64,000 nt of DNA from Patescibacteria group bacterium. Its GTDB lineage: Bacteria > Patescibacteriota > Patescibacteriia > S139-126 > S139-133. The translations under genes and the position numbers were made by a program. Shown here one piece after another: positions 1 to 8,731 of this stretch (positions are counted from its first letter, which is position 1; the number at the start of each line of letters is the position of its first letter). The notes beneath the pieces were generated by a model. That model did no database searches. It was not told where the DNA came from and was given only the letters and a program-made list of their open reading frames with translations. Location: contig JBMYTV010000004.1 of the NCBI GenBank assembly GCA_049604715.1, forward strand, positions 22,535 through 86,534, written 5' to 3'.

Positions 1-390
1 ATGTTTATATATGTGGATGCGTACGCATACACAGATGTGGTTATGCAAGATGTTGGTGATACATTTGATTATAAACTACTACTTAAACGAGAAGGCCATC
101 CGGATGTATTTACATACAAGGTAGAGAGCACAAGTGCGCATACAATCTTTGCAGATAAGGCAGGAAATATAGTAGTTGAAAATACAGCACCAGCTGCGGT
201 TGGTGACGGTACTACATTTACTGTAGAAGAATTTACTTTGTTCACACCATTTGTTCAGGACCAAGAGAATAGATCATTTGAGGCAGTAGAGGCAATTGTT
301 GAGGGCGATACTGTATCATTGGTGCTTGATAGTAAATGGCTTGATCAAGCGACATATCCGATCAGTATTCACTTTTCTATAGGTAAGTAA
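1..390 (+). CDS. C-terminal part of a hypothetical (probably surface/secreted) protein, truncated by the window edge
   Basis: Open frame from position 1 to TAA; beta-rich acidic sequence; WLDQATYPISI resembles the WL...YPV.ID motif seen in large surface proteins. Confidence 0.5.
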   Translation: MFIYVDAYAYTDVVMQDVGDTFDYKLLLKREGHPDVFTYKVESTSAHTIFADKAGNIVVENTAPAAVGDGTTFTVEEFTLFTPFVQDQENRSFEAVEAIVEGDTVSLVLDSKWLDQATYPISIHFSIGK

Positions 391-435
391 TAATCTGGTA
401 TTCGCCAGATTTTGTTTTTACTATATACTATATAT

Positions 436-882
436 ATGTTAGTTAAACAAATTATGACCAAAACGGTCATCACCGCAAAGCCTGATGATCGCATCAAAGA
501 CATTGCATCACTTTTATATAGACGCAACTTATCAGGCGTGCCTATTATAGATGACTCAAACAAAGTCATAGGAATTGTTACTGAGTTTGATTTTATAAAC
601 CCTGACTTAGAGGTGCATATTCCCACCTATGTTGATTTTTTGGATTCTTTGGAGGTTGATGACACAACCAACGAAATGGACGAGGCAGTTGACCGGCTAA
701 AAGAAGCGACCATTGATCAGATTATGACACGTGATGTAAAAACAGTTCTTGAAACAACAGATGTTAAAGAAGTGGTTAAAATGATCACAACGTATCGAAT
801 TAATCCAATCCCAGTTGTTGATAACCAAAATACACTTATTGGAATAGTTAGCAGAGCCGATCTCATAAAGATATTGGAATAA
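436..882 (+). CDS. CBS-domain pair protein
   Basis: Two CBS repeats (VKQIMTK...GVPIID...GIVT; IDQIMTR...IPVVD...GIVSRADL); ATG at 436 preferred over the TTG start. Confidence 0.9.
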   Translation: MLVKQIMTKTVITAKPDDRIKDIASLLYRRNLSGVPIIDDSNKVIGIVTEFDFINPDLEVHIPTYVDFLDSLEVDDTTNEMDEAVDRLKEATIDQIMTRDVKTVLETTDVKEVVKMITTYRINPIPVVDNQNTLIGIVSRADLIKILE

Positions 883-883
883 T

Positions 884-1105
884 ATGAAAAAAACTAAGCG
901 TGACATTGATAAAACCATTGTTCACTCACGAACCCTTTTGGAGGAGATGCGTGTTATTAGTGAAGCCAAATTACGGTTTTTTCATGTTTTGCTTATCGTG
1001 CTGTTTGTGGCTGGTTTTGTGAGCGCAATTACATGGACGTTATCAGCTGAGTATTTTTCAAAAGTTCTAGCAGCTGAGTATCATGTCGAAGAGGAGATGG
1101 AATAG
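884..1105 (+). CDS. Small single-TM membrane protein
   Basis: 73 aa, one hydrophobic helix, starts 1 nt after the CBS gene, followed by a terminator. Confidence 0.65.
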   Translation: MKKTKRDIDKTIVHSRTLLEEMRVISEAKLRFFHVLLIVLFVAGFVSAITWTLSAEYFSKVLAAEYHVEEEME

Positions 1106-1133
1106 TTTAAATAATGTGTACAGTTGTAATTAC

Positions 1134-1158
1134 AAGCGCTAATGTTAGCGCTTTTTTT
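1134..1158 (+). terminator. Intrinsic terminator
   Basis: AAGCGCTAA-TG-TTAGCGCTT followed by a T run. Confidence 0.7.
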
Positions 1159-1215
1159 ATTGACTCCTCATGCCAAAAGAGCTAGTATACATATATTGAT
1201 TAAATACCTGAATTT

Positions 1216-4200
1216 ATGACTAAGATTTCATTCCCAGAGCTTGAGGAGAAGATGTTGGAGCTTTGGAGCGATAAAGATATTTTTCGTAAAACCCTAGAAA
1301 AGGAAGCGCCTCAGGGTGATTTTGTATTTTATGAAGGACCGCCAACTGCAAATGGCAAACCTGCCATTCACCATGTACTAGCGCGGTCATTTAAAGATGC
1401 TGTTCCACGGTACAAGACAATGCGAGGATATCGCGTTGGTCGTAAGGCTGGTTGGGATACACATGGACTGCCAGTGGAACTGCAGGTAGAAAAGGCTCTG
1501 GAGATTTCAGGTAAGCCTGATATTGAAAAATACGGCGTCAAAGAGTTTAACCAAAAGTGTAAGGAATCTGTTTGGCAATACAAAAATGATTGGGAGAAGT
1601 TGACCGAGCGTATGGGGTATTGGGTTGATATGGATGATCCTTATGTGACGTATGACAATGACTATATTGAAAGTTTGTGGTGGATCATGAAAGAAGTATC
1701 AAAAAAAGACCTGCTGTACTTGGGGCACAAAGTAGTGCCGCATTGTCCACGTTGTGGAACAGCTCTTTCATCACACGAGGTTGCTCAAGGGTACAAAGAA
1801 GTAAAAGATATTTCTGTTTATGTGAAATTTAAATTAAAAATAAACAATTCAAAATTAAAAATTGATGGACCGGTTTATATATTGTCTTGGACGACAACCC
1901 CTTGGACATTGCCAGGTAATGTAGGTTTGGCAGTTGGTGAGGATATAGAGTATGTTGGTATTGAGCAAGACGGTGATACTGTGTTTGTTGCCAAGAGTTT
2001 GGTTGAAAATATTTTTGAAGACCCTAAGGTTGTTAAAACTATAAAAGGCAAAGATTTGGTTGGTAGTTCGTATGAACCACTTTTTCCTGGTGCAATTCCA
2101 GAAACTGCTGACAATTATGACAATGCGTACAAAGTATGGGCAGCAGATTTTGTGACTACTGAAGATGGTACTGGTGTTGTGCATACAGCAGTCATGTATG
2201 GTGAGGATGACTATCAGCTTGGTGAGAAAGTTGGTTTACCAAAGCATCACACAGTGTCAGCAGATGGTAAGTTTTCTTTTGATGCAAAAGATGGCGTACT
2301 TGGTGAGCTTGATGGCATGCCAGTGAAACATAAAGATCCAGATGTTGAGATTGAGACTACAAAGGTTATTTTGCGTTTTCTAGCAGACAACAATATTTTA
2401 TTGAAAAAGGAAAAGTATACTCATGATTATCCGTTTTGTTGGCGCTGCGATACGCCACTATTATACTATGCTAAGGATTCATGGTTTATTGCCATGTCAA
2501 AGTTGCGTGATGAGTTAAAAGAAAACAACGATGCAGTAAACTGGGTACCAGGTCATATCAAATCAGGTCGTTTTGGTGAATGGCTTGATGGTGTAAAAGA
2601 TTGGGCTATTTCACGTGAGCGCTATTGGGGTACGCCATTGCCGGTGTGGACGAGCGAGGATAACTCAGAGATTGAGGTGATTGGCTCAAGAAAAGAACTA
2701 TATGAAAGAGCAACCAAAGAAACAAAGCCAACTCGTATTCTCATTATGAGGCATTGTGAAGGAGAGCAAAATCTCGAGGGTATTAGTTCAGATAAGCTTG
2801 AAGGATATGCATTGACTAAAAAGGGCGTAAGCCAGGCAGAGGCTTTGAGAGAGGATATAAAGAATCGAGAAATAGACTATATATATGTATCACCAATACA
2901 AAGAACAAAAGAAACAGCTGAACTTATCAATGCTGAGCTAAATGTTGAGCTTATAGAAGATGATCGTTTACTTGAGCAAGCAACAGGTGAATGGGAAGGT
3001 ATGACGCGGGCAGAGCGCAGAGAGGATCCGTATTATACCCAGCGCACTCAGTATTGGAACAGTAACGATGAAAAGGCATTTACTACAAACTTTGGCAAGA
3101 CTGGTGAGAGCTTTCAAGACGTTCAAAAGCGAATGCATGACTTGTTTAAGGACATAGCCAAAAAACATCAAGGCAAGACAGTGCTTCTTGTAACTCATCA
3201 GGCAAACCTAGTGACTGTCTTGCAGTCATCACATGGGTATTCTCCTGTGCTTACTCAAAGAATGTTCAAGCATGAGCGTACCGCGCCAGGAACTAAGCCA
3301 TTTGAATTTTACTTTAACGCAGATGGTTCAGAGTTTGATCTGCACAAGCCATTTATTGATGATGTTGTTATTGAATCAGAAAAAGGCACCAAGCTAACTC
3401 GAGACAGTGCTGTGCTTGATGTGTGGTTTGATTCAGGTGCTATGCCATATGCGCAGTGGCATTACCCATTTGAGCGCGCTGAGTATATAGACGAAGGTAG
3501 TAAGTTTCCTGCTGATTTTATTTGTGAGGCTATTGATCAAACGCGCGGATGGTTTTATACACTACTAGCAGTATCGACATTATTAGGCAAAGAGGCTCCA
3601 TATAAGAATGTGATTTGTTTGGCGCATATCAATGACAAGGAAGGAAAGAAAATGTCAAAGAGTCGCGGCAATGTAGTTGATCCATGGGAGATGATGAACA
3701 AGTATGGTATCGATGCAGTACGACTTCTCTTTTATACTATGAACCAACCAGGTGACACCAAGAATTTTGACCCAGACCTTGTTGAGCAGATTATGAAAAA
3801 GAATTTCCTGATTCTTTGGAATGTGTTGTCTTTTTATAATATGTACGTCAAAACTGTTGAGGGTAAATATCCAGCAGAACATTCTACCCATGTGCTTGAT
3901 GAGTGGATTATGGCAAAGACAAAGCAGCTCGCTCGAGAAGTTACAGAAAAAATGGAGAATTATGACTTAACCATGGCAGGTAGGGCAATTATTGAGTATA
4001 TTCAGGAGCTATCTACTTGGTATGTGCGTCGTTCTCGTGATCGATTTAAGGCTGGTGGTGAAACTTCAGCACAAGCAGTTAAAACCCTTGGGTTTGTACT
4101 TTATGAACTCAGTAAGCTGATGGCGCCACTTACACCATTCACAGCAGAAGGGTTGTATCAAGAGCTGACACAAAATCATCCTGATAAAGAAAAAGATTTC

Positions 4201-4743
4201 AAAGAGTCAATCCACCTAGAAGATTGGCCAGAAGCGCCAGAGCTTTCAAAAGAAGAAACAGCTGCGCTTGATGCTATGGAAAGTGCTCGAAAGGTTGTAG
4301 AAAAAGCATTGGCAGCGCGCGCAGAAGCAAAATTAAAGATTAGACAACCTCTTGCATCTGTGACAGTGCCGGGTAGTTTTTCTGATGATTTGAAAGCGAT
4401 TATAGCAGAAGAAGTTAATGTGAAAAAAGTTATAGACAGTGGTGAGGATGTTGTGCTTGATACTAACCTTACAGATGAGTTGAAGGCAGAAGGTTTGGTA
4501 CGTGAGACTGTAAGGTTTATTAACTCGCTACGAAAAGAGGCAAAGCTCACCATCAACGATAAAGTTACAACAGCGCTTGTAACAAAAGATGAGGTTCTGC
4601 ATAGGATTTATACAGATCACAGCGAGTCACTACAGTCAGCAACATTATCAAATACAATTGAGGTATCTGAGCTTTCAGATTATGACATAGAAAAAGTTGT
4701 AAGCATTGAAGGTGCTGACGTAAAGATTCAAATCAAGAAGTAA
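1216..4743 (+). CDS. ileS: Isoleucine--tRNA ligase (type 2) with inserted histidine-phosphatase domain
   Basis: GPPTANG, GWDTHGLP, WTTTPWTLP, GTGVVH, DWAISRERYWG, DQTRGWF, KMSKS; insert RILIMRHCEG...LLVTH at about 2722-3330. Confidence 0.97.
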   Translation: MTKISFPELEEKMLELWSDKDIFRKTLEKEAPQGDFVFYEGPPTANGKPAIHHVLARSFKDAVPRYKTMRGYRVGRKAGWDTHGLPVELQVEKALEISGKPDIEKYGVKEFNQKCKESVWQYKNDWEKLTERMGYWVDMDDPYVTYDNDYIESLWWIMKEVSKKDLLYLGHKVVPHCPRCGTALSSHEVAQGYKEVKDISVYVKFKLKINNSKLKIDGPVYILSWTTTPWTLPGNVGLAVGEDIEYVGIEQDGDTVFVAKSLVENIFEDPKVVKTIKGKDLVGSSYEPLFPGAIPETADNYDNAYKVWAADFVTTEDGTGVVHTAVMYGEDDYQLGEKVGLPKHHTVSADGKFSFDAKDGVLGELDGMPVKHKDPDVEIETTKVILRFLADNNILLKKEKYTHDYPFCWRCDTPLLYYAKDSWFIAMSKLRDELKENNDAVNWVPGHIKSGRFGEWLDGVKDWAISRERYWGTPLPVWTSEDNSEIEVIGSRKELYERATKETKPTRILIMRHCEGEQNLEGISSDKLEGYALTKKGVSQAEALREDIKNREIDYIYVSPIQRTKETAELINAELNVELIEDDRLLEQATGEWEGMTRAERREDPYYTQRTQYWNSNDEKAFTTNFGKTGESFQDVQKRMHDLFKDIAKKHQGKTVLLVTHQANLVTVLQSSHGYSPVLTQRMFKHERTAPGTKPFEFYFNADGSEFDLHKPFIDDVVIESEKGTKLTRDSAVLDVWFDSGAMPYAQWHYPFERAEYIDEGSKFPADFICEAIDQTRGWFYTLLAVSTLLGKEAPYKNVICLAHINDKEGKKMSKSRGNVVDPWEMMNKYGIDAVRLLFYTMNQPGDTKNFDPDLVEQIMKKNFLILWNVLSFYNMYVKTVEGKYPAEHSTHVLDEWIMAKTKQLAREVTEKMENYDLTMAGRAIIEYIQELSTWYVRRSRDRFKAGGETSAQAVKTLGFVLYELSKLMAPLTPFTAEGLYQELTQNHPDKEKDFKESIHLEDWPEAPELSKEETAALDAMESARKVVEKALAARAEAKLKIRQPLASVTVPGSFSDDLKAIIAEEVNVKKVIDSGEDVVLDTNLTDELKAEGLVRETVRFINSLRKEAKLTINDKVTTALVTKDEVLHRIYTDHSESLQSATLSNTIEVSELSDYDIEKVVSIEGADVKIQIKK

Positions 4744-4748
4744 CTACC

Positions 4749-5402
4749 ATGTCCACGTTTGTCACTCCAGCAATTCCACTGCGTATTGATCCCTTTATGC
4801 GTGATGATGAGGTTGTGACATTATATACTCGATCGCATGGAAAACTGCAAGCGCGTATTCGTGGTGGTCAGAAGCTAAGCAGTAAATTGTCACAGCGGTT
4901 TCATGTTATGCAAGAACTTGATGTTATGATTGCGCCCGGTAGACACATGGCAATAGTTGCCGGAGTGCAGACTAGGCGTATGCTGCCACAACTACAAACA
5001 GATGCACTTCGGCGGATGGTAGCACTTTGTGTAACTGATACGCTTAACCAAATTACAGCAGAAAATGACGCTGCAGTAGATGTATATGATTTTGTATCTT
5101 TTTGGCTAGCTAGTATTGCAAGCGAGGTGCCAGCTAGGTTGCATGGATCATATGTAGCACTTATTGTATGGAGATTGCTTAGCAAAACCGGGTTTGCTCC
5201 TGACACTACTAATCTTAAGCATGTTATACTAGCAGCGTTACAGGATGCGTCAATTGAGTCAGAAGCACACATACTTATACAGTCGCTCCCGTTTGCTGAA
5301 CAAGTAGAAGCCGGTAGAGAAGCCCTGCCTATTATAGAGAGTATTTTAGAACAAGAAATAAAAGGACTTCGCGTTTTGCGAGATACAACTATTAGTTTTT
5401 AG
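4749..5402 (+). CDS. recO: DNA repair protein RecO (divergent)
   Basis: N-terminal OB fold D.VVTLYTRSHGKLQARIRGGQKLSSKL; helical C-terminus with LLSKTGFAP. Confidence 0.8.
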   Translation: MSTFVTPAIPLRIDPFMRDDEVVTLYTRSHGKLQARIRGGQKLSSKLSQRFHVMQELDVMIAPGRHMAIVAGVQTRRMLPQLQTDALRRMVALCVTDTLNQITAENDAAVDVYDFVSFWLASIASEVPARLHGSYVALIVWRLLSKTGFAPDTTNLKHVILAALQDASIESEAHILIQSLPFAEQVEAGREALPIIESILEQEIKGLRVLRDTTISF

Positions 5403-5405
5403 TAT

Positions 5406-7199
5406 ATGCCAGCAAAAAATATACGCTCACGAGCGTCATCTTCAAAAAAATCAAACAGCCGTTTGGTGCGCAAGCCATTTCGTATGCGATGGCTTATTGG
5501 TGTTATAGTTGTCGGAGCTATTGTGTCATGGACTTTGGGTTGGTGGCAGTTTGATATTTCACAACCTTCATCTAGCGGAGTAAGTGTGGCTATTGATGCG
5601 CCTGACACAGTTGCATCAGGTGAGATTGTTAATTTACAGATACACATTACCAATGAAGAAAACGTTGCTATAGCAGAGGCTGATCTATCAATACAGTGGC
5701 CAGATGAATTACGTGTAATTGAAAGTAGTGTAGAGCCTCGTAGTATTGCCATGAGTAGCTGGACGCTTGATGAGATAGCAGTTGGTGAGAAAGTAACTAT
5801 TGATATTACAGCTCAAGCATTTGGTGAGGTGGGTGATGCAAAGGTAATTGACGCAACGCTTGTATATGAACTACAGAACTTTAGTTCGAACTTTTTTACA
5901 GAAGGAGTGCATAATTTTGTTATAGGTACAAAGATCGTTGACGTTGTATTTGATGAAACTGATGATCTGCCTCCACTGACAGAAAACGTATGGCGTATTG
6001 TTGTTACTAACGCTGATGATGAGACTCTTCCTTTGAGCTGGTTAAGAATTGTATTTCCACAGGGGTTTGAAGTAATTGAGATATCGCCTGAGCATGACGT
6101 GGTTGATTATGAGGAGTCAAAAGCAGCTATTGTGCCGCTTGATGGTATGGAAGTTGGTGAACAACAGGTACTAAAAATAACAGGGTTGTTTGCAGCTGGC
6201 ACACAAGGGAAATCAAATTTTGTTTGGCAGTATGGCATTGATACTGACGAAGATCCTCGCATTATCCAGGAAGGTTCATATGAGCAGTATGTGATTGGTG
6301 ATGAGGCTGAGGTTGAGGTTCTTTTAAACGGTGAAGAAGAACTTTCAGAACTTTCGTGGGGGGATGAGTTAGTTGTTAATTTGCGAGCACGTAACATCAC
6401 ATCAGAGGACCTAACTAATCTTGAGTGGTCACTTACTATCCCACCAAGTATGGTGACTTGGTCAGGTATACGTAGTGATTCGACGCTTTCTACTGATCAG
6501 TCAAGTGGTGTTGTGAGGCTTTTACCAGAAGATAATGACGTTTTGAAAATAATTCCAGCAGGTGATGAGCTAGAGCTTTCAGTGATTGTACCACTTGCTT
6601 CATCAGCTCAGTCACAAACATCATTTACAGGTTCAGCACGTTTGAGGTTAACGACTGAGAGCTCAGAAGAGCCATTGTCATTTACTAAAAGTTTTGGCCC
6701 CATCCAGCTTAGTGAAACAGTAAATTGGCATACAACAGCTCATTATTATTCAGATGAGGGCATTCAAGTTGGCTCTGGCCCATTGCCGCCACGAGTTGAT
6801 GACAATACAAATTACGAGATCAATTGGAATGTAGGAAGTGTTGCTGGGAATGTGGGGAGTCTCACAGTTCGTGCAACTTTGCCGCCTGATGTGAGGTGGA
6901 ATAACCAATTTTCAAGCAACCAAGGTAATGTGACTTATGTCGCCAGTACACGCCAGGTTGTTTGGTCTGTTAGTGACGTTTCTGGGTATGATTTTACTCT
7001 TGGCGAACTAGAGGCGAAGTGGGAAGCCGGCATAACTCCAAATGAGAGTGACCTTGGTACAGTCATTACACTTACTGGTGCAGCGCAAATAGAATTAACT
7101 ACAAGTGATGGTGAAATAGTTCGACTGACTAATCCGGCATTGACTACTGCACTCGAAGGTGATATTTTTGCACAGAATAAAGGAGTTGTTAGAGAGTAG
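5406..7199 (+). CDS. Membrane-anchored surface protein with repeated Ig-like (DUF11-like) domains
   Basis: Basic N-terminus, one TM, acidic beta-rich repeats; GSGPLPPRV...Y.I.W motif. Confidence 0.7.
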   Translation: MPAKNIRSRASSSKKSNSRLVRKPFRMRWLIGVIVVGAIVSWTLGWWQFDISQPSSSGVSVAIDAPDTVASGEIVNLQIHITNEENVAIAEADLSIQWPDELRVIESSVEPRSIAMSSWTLDEIAVGEKVTIDITAQAFGEVGDAKVIDATLVYELQNFSSNFFTEGVHNFVIGTKIVDVVFDETDDLPPLTENVWRIVVTNADDETLPLSWLRIVFPQGFEVIEISPEHDVVDYEESKAAIVPLDGMEVGEQQVLKITGLFAAGTQGKSNFVWQYGIDTDEDPRIIQEGSYEQYVIGDEAEVEVLLNGEEELSELSWGDELVVNLRARNITSEDLTNLEWSLTIPPSMVTWSGIRSDSTLSTDQSSGVVRLLPEDNDVLKIIPAGDELELSVIVPLASSAQSQTSFTGSARLRLTTESSEEPLSFTKSFGPIQLSETVNWHTTAHYYSDEGIQVGSGPLPPRVDDNTNYEINWNVGSVAGNVGSLTVRATLPPDVRWNNQFSSNQGNVTYVASTRQVVWSVSDVSGYDFTLGELEAKWEAGITPNESDLGTVITLTGAAQIELTTSDGEIVRLTNPALTTALEGDIFAQNKGVVRE

Positions 7200-7204
7200 T
7201 AATT

Positions 7205-8329
7205 ATGAAGTATTCACTATCAAAATCATCTACTGTTTCTCAAGCACGCCGCGGCGTGCTTGAACTTTCGCATGGGAGTATAGAGGCGCCCTTTTTTATG
7301 CCTATTGCAACAAAGGGTGCTGTAAAGTCTATCACGACTACAGAGATGAGATTGCTAGGGGCACAGATTTTGCTCTCCAATACGTATCATCTATATCTTC
7401 GCCCTGGTACTGAAGTTTTGGACCAGGTGGGTGGACTACATACATTTATGGATTGGAAAGGACCCATTTTGACTGATTCGGGTGGTTTTCAGGTGTTCTC
7501 ACTGAGTGGTACTAAGTCACGCAAGGATAATCTAGTTAAAATATTTGATGATCGAGTAGAGTTTCAATCACATATTGATGGTTCAAAACATATATTTACA
7601 CCAGAAAAGGTACTTGATATTCAAAAGTCTATTGGTTCTGATGTAATGATGATTTTGGATGTGTGTACTGCTAACCCAGCAACACATGAACAGGCAATAC
7701 ATGACTTGGAGATCACAACTGCGTGGGCACGTCGAGCAAAAGAGCATTATGAAAAAGGAAGTTTTAAAGATCAATCAATGTTTGGTATTGTCCAAGGATC
7801 AACATATAGTGATTTGAGACAACAGTCAGCTCAAGATCTAGTAAGCTTGGATTTTGACGGATATGCTATTGGCGGTTTGGCTGTGGGAGAGTCTGAGGTG
7901 GATATGTACGCTATGCTTGATGTGACGACTCATCTTTTGCCTGAGGATGCGCCGCGGTATTTAATGGGAGTAGGAAAACCAGAGAATATTATAGAGGCAG
8001 TGAAGCGAGGTGTTGATATGTTTGATTGTGTTATTCCAACACGTGAGGCACGACATGGTCGTCTTTATCTTTGGCAGAACAAAGATGTAACAAAGCCTGG
8101 TTTTTATAAGACCGTTGCTATTACAAACGCATCATATGCTACTGACTTCACACCCCTGGTCGCTGACTCAAAAATTCCAGAACTACAAAATTTAACTAAA
8201 GCTTACTTGCATCATTTGTTTCGCACCTCAGAACCTTTAGCACTTCGTATTGCAAGTCTTATTAATATAGAATTTTATCTTACTCTTATGCAGCGTATTC
8301 GTGCTGCAATTGAAGCTGATCAACTGTAG
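7205..8329 (+). CDS. tgt: tRNA-guanine transglycosylase
   Basis: LSNTYHLYLRPG, TDSGGFQVFSL, GGLAVGE, YLMGVG, DMFDCVIPTR. Confidence 0.97.
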   Translation: MKYSLSKSSTVSQARRGVLELSHGSIEAPFFMPIATKGAVKSITTTEMRLLGAQILLSNTYHLYLRPGTEVLDQVGGLHTFMDWKGPILTDSGGFQVFSLSGTKSRKDNLVKIFDDRVEFQSHIDGSKHIFTPEKVLDIQKSIGSDVMMILDVCTANPATHEQAIHDLEITTAWARRAKEHYEKGSFKDQSMFGIVQGSTYSDLRQQSAQDLVSLDFDGYAIGGLAVGESEVDMYAMLDVTTHLLPEDAPRYLMGVGKPENIIEAVKRGVDMFDCVIPTREARHGRLYLWQNKDVTKPGFYKTVAITNASYATDFTPLVADSKIPELQNLTKAYLHHLFRTSEPLALRIASLINIEFYLTLMQRIRAAIEADQL

Positions 8330-8365
8330 AAATCGTGGTATACTATATACAGTGATCATATTCCC

Positions 8366-8731
8366 ATGACATCTGTTTTTTTGCATACATTAAAATTACT
8401 CACTTGGGATTTACTACGTGATATATTGTATTTTCCCGTCTGGTGGTATACCGAAGGGCTTTTGTTGATGTGGCAGCGTTTTTTTACTGCTATTATGTCA
8501 TGGCAACATAGGCTTGGACTTGGTATATGGGTCAAGAATTGGTTCAAGCCTATGTATGCGCAATTTGATTGGCAGGGCCGGCTTATTAGCTTCTTCTTTC
8601 GTACACTTACTATTTTGTGGAAGACTATAGAGTTCTTCCTCGGTTTTGTGTTGATTATTTTAGGTTTCTTTTTGTATTTAGTTTTGCCATTTGTTGCAAT
8701 CGTATTGTTAGTATATTCATTCTTGGTATGA
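8366..8731 (+). CDS. Membrane protein translationally coupled to the Clp ATPase
   Basis: Hydrophobic, FPVWWY and NWFKPMY motifs; ATGA overlap with the next gene at 8728-8731. Confidence 0.75.
   Translation: MTSVFLHTLKLLTWDLLRDILYFPVWWYTEGLLLMWQRFFTAIMSWQHRLGLGIWVKNWFKPMYAQFDWQGRLISFFFRTLTILWKTIEFFLGFVLIILGFFLYLVLPFVAIVLLVYSFLV

Noticed and set aside
8617-8727. N-terminal extensions given by the ORF track (also 61337, 59047, 47054, 27840, 22739, 17838)
   Set aside because: They overlap upstream genes or use weak starts; downstream ATGs fit the operon spacing
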